Positions 32,007 through 39,485 of a stretch of 41,432 nucleotides of DNA are shown here, one piece after another (positions within the stretch are counted from its first letter, which is position 1; each line of letters opens with the position of its first letter). The position numbers and the translations under genes were made by a program. A model generated the notes under the pieces. That model did not search any database. It was not told the DNA's origin and was given only the letters and a program-made list of their open reading frames with translations. This DNA is from a virus. The stretch is taken from UHGV virus genome UHGV-1461890. The stretch is one strand, 5' to 3'.

Positions 32007-32056
32007 CTTCCAAGAAAAATCTTATGATTTACGGCAATAAATCATAAGATTTTTTA
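31981..32056 (+). ncRNA. Candidate ~75-nt small RNA between the lysis module and the integrase
   Basis: Promoter at 31946-31974. Hairpin agatgt/acatct at 31991-32008. Strong terminator hairpin at 32018-32051 plus a T run. The only internal ORF is 19 aa and has no RBS. Confidence 0.3.
32018..32056. terminator. Bidirectional intrinsic terminator
   Basis: Perfect 14-bp stem aatcttatgattta / taaatcataagatt with a 6-nt loop. An A run lies upstream and a T run downstream. Confidence 0.7.
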
Positions 32057-32064
32057 TTTAATTA

Positions 32065-32110
32065 TTATCATAAAAAACAATTAGGTGGACCTTATTGAAT
32101 TTTATGATAA
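32065..32110. repeat. Inverted repeat, 11-bp arms with a 24-nt spacer, abutting the integrase stop codon (attP candidate 2)
   Basis: ttatcataaaa at 32065-32075 and ttttatgataa at 32100-32110 are perfect reverse complements. Confidence 0.8.
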
Positions 32111-33607
32111 CTAAATATCGTGAAAATAAATAGCTAAATTGCCTTTAGCCTTTTCAAATACAACCTTTTCAATTATTGTGCGTAACGCTTCATTCTTAGC
32201 CCGAGGTGTTACATCTTCCCTTTTTATGAACTCAAGTATGCCTACAACCTTTTCAGAGAAGGCATCTATGTCAATATCCTTAACTATGACCTTATCCCTA
32301 TCCTGCTTTAATTTCTCAATCTTAGTGGTTATTTCAGCCTTATTATTACCATACTGTTCAATGGTATCAATTTCGGCAAGGTAAGCCTCCTTTGCTCTTT
32401 CAAGCCTTCTTTCCTCTAAGGCTATGAGCTTATCATAGTCTATGGTAGGCTTTTCAGTTTGCTTAGGTGCTTTGGGTGTGATGTTAAATTGTTGGCTTCC
32501 TATGGCCTGTTCTAAACCTTTAATAAAGGCGCTTTCTAATTTAATCATACTGATAGAGTGAGATGTGTGACAAGAGCCTCTTGAATAGTTGCAACATTGT
32601 AAGGAGTGTGTTTTTTTCTTTGCAGCAAGATTCCTTGTTCCGTTATAAGCAAGTGTCGCTCCACAAGCACTACATCTAACAAGCCCTTTAAGGATATAAT
32701 CAATAGGTTGCTGCCTCCGAGCATGTTTAGAATACAACAATTTCATAGTTTGCAATCTTTCCTGAACCTTATCCCACAGTTCCATTGATATAAGTGGTTG
32801 CCAATTACCATCAATAATTTGGATGTTTTCATTGAGATAATCCCTTTTACTTACTACCTTTGAACCATCAGGTGTCCATCTGATTTTACCTATATAAGCA
32901 GGATTCCATAAAATATACTCTATCCACCTATTATCAGGTATATTACCTCTTTTGGTACGAACTCCTCTCTGCCCGAGCGAAATTGTAATTTCTCTCATAC
33001 CTTCACCATCAGCAAACCTTTGAAATATTTCTTTGATAACATCGGCAGCACCGCTTTCTACATCGGGAAGATAGGTTTTATCACCATTTATGTATCCAAA
33101 AGGAGCAAATACAGCAGGCTCTCCTCTGCTTACCTTTTCTTCCATGCCTCTTGATACTTCAGCGCCGAGGTTGATAAGGTAAAATTCATCCATCCATTCT
33201 ATAATTCTCTCCATGAGGCTTCCAAAAGGACCTTCAGGTATAGGCTCTGATACAGATTTAACCGATATGCCTATCTTTTGAAGCAAGTTTTTATATACTA
33301 TACTTTGCTCTTGGTTTCTTGCAAAACGAGATAACTTCCACACATATATAATATCAAAGGGATGATTTTTCTCCTTTGCCATGGCTATCATCAAGTTAAA
33401 GTTATCTCTTTTCTTTACGCTCTTTCCTGAGATACCATCATCATAAAATACATACTCATCAGGGATTAAATAACCTTCCCTTGCTGCAAATTCTCTGATT
33501 TTTTTGAGCTGAGAATCAGGACTGTATTCATCTTGCCTTTCATCCGATACACGAACATAGGCAGCTCCTATTTTTAATAATTCGTTTTCCACTTTATCAC
33601 TCCTCAT
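32111..33607 (-). CDS. int: Large serine recombinase (phage integrase)
   Basis: N-terminal resolvase motif GAAYVRVSDERQ..SPDSQ, a recombinase domain, a Cys-rich zinc ribbon (CSACGATL..CCNYSRGSC) and a C-terminal coiled coil. A GTG at 33592, preceded by GAGGAG, is an alternative start. Confidence 0.9.
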   Translation of the reverse strand: MRSDKVENELLKIGAAYVRVSDERQDEYSPDSQLKKIREFAAREGYLIPDEYVFYDDGISGKSVKKRDNFNLMIAMAKEKNHPFDIIYVWKLSRFARNQEQSIVYKNLLQKIGISVKSVSEPIPEGPFGSLMERIIEWMDEFYLINLGAEVSRGMEEKVSRGEPAVFAPFGYINGDKTYLPDVESGAADVIKEIFQRFADGEGMREITISLGQRGVRTKRGNIPDNRWIEYILWNPAYIGKIRWTPDGSKVVSKRDYLNENIQIIDGNWQPLISMELWDKVQERLQTMKLLYSKHARRQQPIDYILKGLVRCSACGATLAYNGTRNLAAKKKTHSLQCCNYSRGSCHTSHSISMIKLESAFIKGLEQAIGSQQFNITPKAPKQTEKPTIDYDKLIALEERRLERAKEAYLAEIDTIEQYGNNKAEITTKIEKLKQDRDKVIVKDIDIDAFSEKVVGILEFIKREDVTPRAKNEALRTIIEKVVFEKAKGNLAIYFHDI

Positions 33608-33839
33608 CTATTTCATCTTCAAAATCTTCAGCACAATATTCACATACTGTTCTACCATCTTTTAAGTGAAAAAACTCAACATAGTCATAAGACCAATACT
33701 CGTTACATTCCTCGCATAAAAAATAGTTTTCATCTAAGCATTTCTTACACAGGTGATTTTTCTCGTCAGCAATAACCAAATCACAGTTTTCAGTTCCACA
33801 CTCAGTACAAGTGCCGGTATATTCTCTTGAAGTGTTCAT
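33597..33839 (-). CDS. 80-aa zinc-ribbon protein (4x CxxC) with an acidic tail
   Basis: CTEC, CKKC, CEEC and CEYC pairs. C-terminal EDFEDEIDEE. Its 3' end overlaps or abuts the integrase start. Confidence 0.6.
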   Translation of the reverse strand: MNTSREYTGTCTECGTENCDLVIADEKNHLCKKCLDENYFLCEECNEYWSYDYVEFFHLKDGRTVCEYCAEDFEDEIDEE

Positions 33840-33854
33840 AGTTCACCTGCTTTC

Positions 33855-34430
33855 TTAATCGTCTTTTATAAAGTGATTAAAAACTAAGTAAAAAAATAAT
33901 ATTACTATTCCTACTAAAAAGAAAATTTTTGTTAATATTCCTGAGTAAGAATCCATAACGATATTTCCTATTACATCAATCCACAATAACAACAAAAAAT
34001 ATCCAACAACTTTTAATAAATCTTTATTTTGCAATATTTTTTTTAAAACACTTGTTATTTTATCTTTTATACAAAAATTTGTAATCTTACTTTCGCCATA
34101 TAACACTCGGCGGTGAATCTTTTGAAAAAGCTTAGATTGCTCCATTTCTTCTAATTTTACTTCTAACTGTTTAATCTCTTTATCTAAAGCAGAATCTAAA
34201 GCAACTCTACTTTTTACAATATCAATTGTTTTTTGAGAATGTTGTGTATAGCTAATATTGCGAAAAAGACCAGTATATTCTCTTTTTTTATACTCTGCAT
34301 TTAAAAGTTCGTGATATACATCCTGATATTTTTTATAAGCAGCCTTTTCGTTATCATTTTTTAAATAGTCTTCAACATTAGTAAAACGAAAAAATTCTTG
34401 TATATCATCGATGTCAATTCTTTCACTCAT
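33855..34430 (-). CDS. 191-aa protein with a coiled-coil N-terminal part and two C-terminal transmembrane helices (moron; exclusion or abortive-infection candidate)
   Basis: AGGGGA RBS. Hydrophobic segments VVGYFLLLLWIDVIGNIV and IFFLVGIVILFFYLVF. Very low GC by hand count: 15/60 at 33901-33960 and 13/60 at 33961-34020. Confidence 0.6.
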   Translation of the reverse strand: MSERIDIDDIQEFFRFTNVEDYLKNDNEKAAYKKYQDVYHELLNAEYKKREYTGLFRNISYTQHSQKTIDIVKSRVALDSALDKEIKQLEVKLEEMEQSKLFQKIHRRVLYGESKITNFCIKDKITSVLKKILQNKDLLKVVGYFLLLLWIDVIGNIVMDSYSGILTKIFFLVGIVILFFYLVFNHFIKDD

Positions 34431-34440
34431 AATAATTCCC

Positions 34441-34866
34441 CTAATCGTTTTTCTTCATGTAATAGTTATGCAAAGATATAATCTCTTCTTTATGGTCGAG
34501 TTTTAACCGTAATATGTCATTTTCGGATGTTAGCACTCCAACTTTGTCCTTAAGCATGACATTCTCAGCGGTTAAAAGTACAAGTTCGCTGCTGAGCCTT
34601 TCAACTTCAGCAGTAAGTTTGTCAACTTCTTCGTGCAGCATAGTGTAATTTTTACTGCCGATAACCACATTACTCTCGGCAAATAATTCGCCCATAGATA
34701 TGCCAAGAACGTCTGCAATTCGGTGAAGAGTAATAGCTTGTGGAGAGGGCGTTTCACCTGAAAAGATACGAGATACGGTCCTTTCGGGGAATTTTGACTC
34801 TTGAGCGATATATTTATAAGTATAACCAAGTTCTTTTCGTCTTTCTCTTATAATGTCAAGCCACAT
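34441..34866 (-). CDS. XRE-family HTH regulator with a C-terminal leucine-zipper-like coiled coil
   Basis: N-terminal GYTYKYIAQESKFPERTVSRIFSGETPSPQAITLHRIADVLGISMGELF HTH. C-terminal heptads VDKLTAEVERLSSELVLLTAENVMLKDKVGVL. Confidence 0.75.
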   Translation of the reverse strand: MWLDIIRERRKELGYTYKYIAQESKFPERTVSRIFSGETPSPQAITLHRIADVLGISMGELFAESNVVIGSKNYTMLHEEVDKLTAEVERLSSELVLLTAENVMLKDKVGVLTSENDILRLKLDHKEEIISLHNYYMKKND

Positions 34867-34977
34867 ATTGATGTCCTTTCAGTAGTCAAATTTGGGTATG
34901 GATTAGTCAAAAATGGACATTGAAAATCAGCTTAAAATATTTTACAATTTGCCCAACAAAAAACCAATCAGAATAAA

Positions 34978-35007
34978 TTGACAATTTCGACAAATAAATG
35001 TTAAAAT
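34978..35007 (+). promoter_or_regulatory. Orphan sigma-70-like promoter pointing into the 3' end of the repressor gene
   Basis: TTGACA at 34978-34983, an 18-nt spacer and an extended -10 TGtTAAAAT at 34999-35007. Shares the ttgaca(a)tttcgacaaa core with the cro-side promoter at 35736. Confidence 0.5.
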
Positions 35008-35121
35008 AAATTAAGAACATTTGTTCGAAAAGTCCGTTTTTTTGTACATTGATTTTTGTATTATTAAATTATAACCGAAATATTCACCTTATTTATATGT
35101 TTTTCGGAAGGGGTATCATCA

Positions 35122-35298
35122 ATGTCAAACAATCTTATAGAACTTCTAAGTATTATTCTTGAAAGCGGTAACCCGGAACAAGCAGTTCATACCGTAGCCA
35201 ATGTTATTTTTGGTCATTCATCTCAGCACGAATCGCACCGAGAAGAAATCTCTGTGTGTCAGGAGACATTTTGTCAAACGAAAGTGCCACCTCGATAA
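35122..35298 (+). CDS. Candidate 58-aa ORF below the track cutoff, convergent with and overlapping the repressor 3' end
   Basis: ATG at 35122 follows GGAAGGGG (35107-35114). Translates to MSNNLIELLSIILESGNPEQAVHTVANVIFGHSSQHESHREEISVCQETFCQTKVPPR. Its last 95 nt are antisense to CDS 35204-35620. Confidence 0.25.
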   Translation: MSNNLIELLSIILESGNPEQAVHTVANVIFGHSSQHESHREEISVCQETFCQTKVPPR

Positions 35299-35620
35299 GA
35301 AGTTTTTTCGCATCGTCAGAAAGTAGACGGTATAATTCTAACCATTTCCTCTCACCCTCGGTAAGCTCCTGCTTGTCGGGGGATTGTGTTTCTTTCTCCA
35401 TTGGAACATCATATCCCATTAACCATGCCTCGCTGACATCTAAGGCGTTTGCAATAAGAAATATCCTGTCCTGCTTAGGCTCAAACGCACCACTTATATA
35501 TTGACTTATAGCGCTTTTAGGTATTCCTGTAAGAGTACAAAGGTCAGATTGTTTCATATTTCTTATGGATAATGCCCTTGATATTCTTTTAGCACAGGTC
35601 TCTTTTCCGTTACTCATCAT
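35204..35620 (-). CDS. CI-type phage repressor (XRE HTH)
   Basis: HTH LSIRNMKQSDLCTLTGIPKSAISQYISGAFEPKQDRIFLIANALDVSEAWLMGYD. The ATG at 35620 follows AGAGG; the listed start at 35626 is a GTG inside the RBS. Divergent from the cro-like gene. Confidence 0.8.
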   Translation of the reverse strand: MMSNGKETCAKRISRALSIRNMKQSDLCTLTGIPKSAISQYISGAFEPKQDRIFLIANALDVSEAWLMGYDVPMEKETQSPDKQELTEGERKWLELYRLLSDDAKKLLIEVALSFDKMSPDTQRFLLGAIRAEMNDQK

Positions 35621-35647
35621 TTTCACCTCTTCAATATATTACCATAT

Positions 35648-35783
35648 AAGTTCAGAAAAATCAATACAAAGTTTAGAAAATTGGGGTTTTCAACCGAGAC
35701 AAAATAAAAAAGTTCAGAAAAATTGAAAAAAATACTTGACATTTCGACAAAAAACCGTTAAGATAAGTTCAGAAAATCTGAAC
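35648..35783. promoter_or_regulatory. Four operator-like repeats (AAGTTyAGAAAA) in the divergent switch region
   Basis: Copies at 35648-35662, 35669-35683, 35710-35725 and 35765-35783. The last contains the perfect 17-bp palindrome GTTCAGAAAATCTGAAC at 35767-35783. Confidence 0.55.
35736..35764 (+). promoter_or_regulatory. Early lytic promoter: TTGACA-N17-TAAGAT
   Basis: -35 at 35736-35741 and -10 at 35759-35764. The palindromic operator starts 3 nt downstream of the -10. Confidence 0.6.
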
Positions 35784-35799
35784 GAGGGAGGTGAAAATA

Positions 35800-36045
35800 A
35801 TGAAAATGAGCGATACAAACGTTAAATTTGATTACTCCAAACTTCTTGGAAAAATCAAAGAAAAAGGCTATATACAAAGTGATATTGCTAAGAAAGTTGG
35901 CATAGGTAAGACAACTTTTAACGAGGTCCTTTCGGGCAAAACTTTTTTAAGGCAGCCAACAATTATTAAGATTTGTGATGTGTTGGAAATAGCATATAAG
36001 GATATACCCTTATATTTTTTTACCCAAAGGGTTCAGGAAAACTAA
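35800..36045 (+). CDS. Cro-like XRE HTH regulator
   Basis: The ATG at 35800 lies 8 nt after GGGAGG (the listed start is a GTG at 35791). HTH GYIQSDIAKKVGIGKTTFNEVLSGK. First gene of the rightward early operon. Confidence 0.75.
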   Translation: MKMSDTNVKFDYSKLLGKIKEKGYIQSDIAKKVGIGKTTFNEVLSGKTFLRQPTIIKICDVLEIAYKDIPLYFFTQRVQEN

Positions 36046-36105
36046 ACTTTTAAAAACCTAAATGGGTACAAGCTACTCAATCATATTGTATAGAGAGGTG
36101 ATTAT

Positions 36106-36318
36106 ATGCAACGTCAGGAAATCAAAATGGAAGAGGTTAAGGTACATACACCTGACCTTGCAAAAGATAAAAAGAATGAATTAACCGTAACGCTTTTTAT
36201 CGGTGGTCAGCAGGTAGATAGCCTGACTTCCGAACAGAGTGAGCGTATGGCGAAGAGGTTAGGTAAAACAATGAGTCTATTTTACACAGCTCATTCAGAT
36301 GAATATGAAAAAATTTAA
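36106..36318 (+). CDS. Hypothetical 70-aa early protein
   Basis: AGAGAGGTG RBS. No family recognised. Confidence 0.55.
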   Translation: MQRQEIKMEEVKVHTPDLAKDKKNELTVTLFIGGQQVDSLTSEQSERMAKRLGKTMSLFYTAHSDEYEKI

Positions 36319-36330
36319 GGAGAAAAAACT

Positions 36331-36561
36331 ATGATTATTGAATCTTGGATAGCAGCAATCATTATGATTGCCCTTGCACTTATAGGAATTGTAGCTCTTT
36401 TTATGTCAATAGTAGAAGGCCAAAGGCTCGAAGACGCCAACCACCAGATTAAAAGACTTGAACACGAAAATGGCGAACTGAAGCGCTATATAGCAGTGCA
36501 AAGGACAAAGAACATCATAGGTGTGGCAAATGATTTTAATAACGAAGGGAAGAAAAAGTAA
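36331..36561 (+). CDS. Small bitopic membrane protein with a coiled-coil tail
   Basis: N-terminal helix WIAAIIMIALALIGIVALFMSIV, then QIKRLEHENGELKRYI. AGGAG RBS. Its stop overlaps the exonuclease start. Confidence 0.55.
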   Translation: MIIESWIAAIIMIALALIGIVALFMSIVEGQRLEDANHQIKRLEHENGELKRYIAVQRTKNIIGVANDFNNEGKKK

Positions 36562-37496
36562 TGTACAAGAATCTTACCAAAATCTCTACTGTGGGTATGC
36601 CTCACGAAGTGTGGTTGGAGCATAGGCAAAAATCAATCGGTGGCTCGGATGCCTCAGCAATACTCGGTATGAATACATATTGCTCACCTTATACAGTATG
36701 GGCGGACAAGCTCGGTAAACTTCCTCCGAAGGAAGATAACGAGGCTATGAGGCTCGGAAGAGACCTTGAAGACTATGTTGCTAAACGCTTTACCGAAGAG
36801 ACCGGGAAAAAGGTTAGACGAGAAAACAATATCATTATCAATCCCCTGCTCCCCTTTGCTCATGCCAATGTCGATAGGATGGTAGTTGGTGAGGATGCAG
36901 GTCTCGAATGTAAGACCACATCGGTTATGAATCTTAAAAGATTTAAAAACGGAGAGTATCCTGAAAACTACTATGTGCAATGTGTCCACTACCTCATGGT
37001 AACAGGTGCTAAAAGATGGTACTTAGGTGTTCTAATCCTCGGTGTAGGATTTAAGTGGTTTGTAATTGAGCGAGACGAGGATGAGATTAAAGCTCTTGCT
37101 AAGTCTGAGGAAGCCTTTTGGGAACATATTAAGAACAACACTCCTCCCGAAACTGATGGCTCCGAGTCAACCTGTGAAACACTTACCACTATTTACCCTG
37201 AATCAAATGGTAACACAGTAAATCTCTTTGCTTATGAGGATAGCCTAAAACAATATATTGCCATCGGTAAGCAGATTGACGAGCTTAAAAAACTCAGGGA
37301 TGAGATGGCAAACAATGTTAAGGCATTTATGGGTGAAGCAGGTAAAGGTGAATCAAACCACTTTAAAGTATCTTGGAGTTCTTCACTCCGAAGCACTTTT
37401 GACCATAAAAAATTTGCATCAGATAATCCAAATCTTGATTTAACTCAGTATTACAAATCGTCAACCACTCGTACTTTTCGAGTAATAGAAATATAA
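36561..37496 (+). CDS. YqaJ-type viral recombinase exonuclease
   Basis: WLEHRQKSIGGSDASAILGMN..SPYTVWADKLG signature and PD-(D/E)XK-type core (ANVDRM..GLECKT). Adjacent to recT. Confidence 0.85.
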   Translation: MYKNLTKISTVGMPHEVWLEHRQKSIGGSDASAILGMNTYCSPYTVWADKLGKLPPKEDNEAMRLGRDLEDYVAKRFTEETGKKVRRENNIIINPLLPFAHANVDRMVVGEDAGLECKTTSVMNLKRFKNGEYPENYYVQCVHYLMVTGAKRWYLGVLILGVGFKWFVIERDEDEIKALAKSEEAFWEHIKNNTPPETDGSESTCETLTTIYPESNGNTVNLFAYEDSLKQYIAIGKQIDELKKLRDEMANNVKAFMGEAGKGESNHFKVSWSSSLRSTFDHKKFASDNPNLDLTQYYKSSTTRTFRVIEI

Positions 37497-37510
37497 AGGA
37501 GAAATTTAAT

Positions 37511-38353
37511 ATGGCTAATAAAATTCAGAATCAGGTAGCAACCACCACAGGTAATGGTGAAAAGAAAACCATGCAGCAATACATCAAGGCGATGGAAAGT
37601 GAAATTAAAAAGGCTCTTCCTTCGGTTATAACTCCCGAAAGATTCACTCGCATGGTACTTTCAGCAATATCCACAAATCCTAAACTCGCCTCTTGCACAA
37701 AGGCATCATTTCTCGGAGCTATGATGAATGCTGCTCAGCTTGGTCTTGAGCCAAACACTCCTCTTGGACAAGCCTACATATTGCCTTATCAGAATAAGGG
37801 TGTGCTTGAGGCTCAATTTCAGTTGGGGTATAAGGGCCTTATAGACCTTGCATATAGAAGCGGTGAGGTTGAGGTAGTACAAGCTCACATAGTTTATGAA
37901 AACGATAAATTTGAGTGTAGTTATGGTCTTGAACCTAAGCTCACACATACTCCTGCTGATAAGAATAGAGGCGAACCTGTAAAGGTTTATGCAGTATTCA
38001 AAACTAAGTCAGGTGGCTATGGTTTTGAGGTTATGAGTATGGAAGATGTTCGCACTCATGCATCAAAATACAGCAAGTCTTATGGCACAAGCTTTTCACC
38101 TTGGAAAACAAACTTCGAAGAAATGGCTAAGAAAACTGTTCTTAAAAAGGTCCTTAAATATGCGCCTTTAAAAAGTGATTTTGTAAGAGGCATTACTCAG
38201 GATGAAACAATCAAATCTGATATGTCAGATGATATGTACTCCGTACCTAATGAGGTTGTATACGAAGTTGATGATTATACCGTTATTGATACCGATACAG
38301 GAGAGGTGACAAATGATGGAGCAAACAGTTCAGAAGAAACTGTCACAGTATGA
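37511..38353 (+). CDS. recT: RecT-family single-strand annealing protein
   Basis: MNAAQLGLEPNTPLGQAYILPY and FQLGYKGLIDLAYRSG motifs. Paired with the YqaJ exonuclease. Confidence 0.85.
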   Translation: MANKIQNQVATTTGNGEKKTMQQYIKAMESEIKKALPSVITPERFTRMVLSAISTNPKLASCTKASFLGAMMNAAQLGLEPNTPLGQAYILPYQNKGVLEAQFQLGYKGLIDLAYRSGEVEVVQAHIVYENDKFECSYGLEPKLTHTPADKNRGEPVKVYAVFKTKSGGYGFEVMSMEDVRTHASKYSKSYGTSFSPWKTNFEEMAKKTVLKKVLKYAPLKSDFVRGITQDETIKSDMSDDMYSVPNEVVYEVDDYTVIDTDTGEVTNDGANSSEETVTV

Positions 38354-38702
38354 TATTGTCCTTAACCACTTAAAAAGTGGTAAGGAAATAACTCAGTTAG
38401 AGGCTACTCAAAAATATCGCATATTAAGGCTTGGAGCCATCATCTTTAACCTTCGCAAAGATGGTTATATCATTTCAACACGAATTGAGCATAAGCCTAA
38501 TCAATATGGAAACATCTCAAATTATGCAGTATATAAACTCTTGCTTAAAAAATACCTCATCGAATGGGAGACCTGCTATAACGAGGATTTTCCCGAACAA
38601 AGAGGCGAGATGATTGTTGAAGCCATAAACGAAGAAGAGGCTGCTAAACAGTTTGATGTGTTCCATGCAGTAATAATAGGAATAAGTGAGGTTAAAGGAT
38701 AA
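38313..38702 (+). CDS. Winged-helix/HTH-like DNA-binding protein, 129 aa
   Basis: ITQLEATQKYRILRLGAIIFNLRKDGYIISTR resembles a recurrent phage wHTH domain. Overlaps the recT 3' end, so the exact start is uncertain. Confidence 0.5.
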   Translation: MMEQTVQKKLSQYDIVLNHLKSGKEITQLEATQKYRILRLGAIIFNLRKDGYIISTRIEHKPNQYGNISNYAVYKLLLKKYLIEWETCYNEDFPEQRGEMIVEAINEEEAAKQFDVFHAVIIGISEVKG

Positions 38703-39043
38703 TGTTTAATTCAAATACGGAAGGACACCTTGTGGTTTTTGCACAACATGATAATTGCTCAAAAGAGTTTCTATTTGCAGTACCTTGGTATTTAGAGGTT
38801 CACAAAGGAGATGTTCTTTTGGTAGAGACAATGTATGGAGATGCTATTGCAACCGCCACAAGCGAAATGTTTGAAGGAAAAGATATAGATGAGGTTGCGA
38901 CAAAATTTGGTGCATATCTTCCCCTTAAAAAAGTAAAGGAAGTGGCAGGTATCAAAATTAGAGCAAACTTGAGGCAAAAACTCTTCGAAGAACTGAAAAC
39001 AAAATTATTGAGAACAGTTTTGGAGGTAGTGAGTCATGTTTAA
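38702..39043 (+). CDS. Hypothetical 113-aa protein
   Basis: TAATG coupling to the upstream gene. No family recognised. Confidence 0.5.
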   Translation: MFNSNTEGHLVVFAQHDNCSKEFLFAVPWYLEVHKGDVLLVETMYGDAIATATSEMFEGKDIDEVATKFGAYLPLKKVKEVAGIKIRANLRQKLFEELKTKLLRTVLEVVSHV

Positions 39044-39470
39044 TTTAGTAGTTTTGTCAGGCCGCTTAACCGCCGACCCGGAACTTAAAACCACTCCCAA
39101 CGGGGTATCCGTTTGCTCCTTCACCATAGCAGTAGATAAAAGGCACAGACAGGGCGAAGAGAGACAGGCTGATTTTATCAATATAGTGGCTTGGAGAGGT
39201 ACTGCTGAGTTTATAAGCAAACACTTCCACAAAGGCTCTATGATAGGCATTGAGGGCGCTGTTCAGACTCGTAAATACCAAGATAAGAATGGCAACAACC
39301 GTACTGCTTTTGAAATCGTTGTGAATAATGTGCAGTTTATTGAGTCTAAGAGGTCTCAAGATAATAGCGAAGGTAGTTCTTCACCTACACCTGAAAACGA
39401 CCCTCTGCCTCAATTTGCTGAGCATTTAGCAGGGGTTGAAGATATATCCGATGAGGATTGTCCGTTCTGA
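39036..39470 (+). CDS. ssb: Single-stranded DNA-binding protein
   Basis: MFNLVVLSGRLTADPELKTTPNGVSVCSFTIAVD OB-fold N-terminus. Acidic C-terminal tip DISDEDCPF. Confidence 0.9.
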   Translation: MFNLVVLSGRLTADPELKTTPNGVSVCSFTIAVDKRHRQGEERQADFINIVAWRGTAEFISKHFHKGSMIGIEGAVQTRKYQDKNGNNRTAFEIVVNNVQFIESKRSQDNSEGSSSPTPENDPLPQFAEHLAGVEDISDEDCPF

Positions 39471-39485
39471 TGGGAGGTATAGTCA

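Noticed and set aside
31988-32047. 19-aa ORF (MRCFNTSSKKNLMIYGNKS) inside the candidate sRNA
   Set aside because: There is no Shine-Dalgarno sequence upstream, and the ORF runs through the terminator stem.
35256-35504. 82-aa plus-strand ORF antisense to the repressor gene
   Set aside because: It lies in a different frame from the RBS-preceded 35122 ORF, has no start context, and lies wholly inside the CI coding region.
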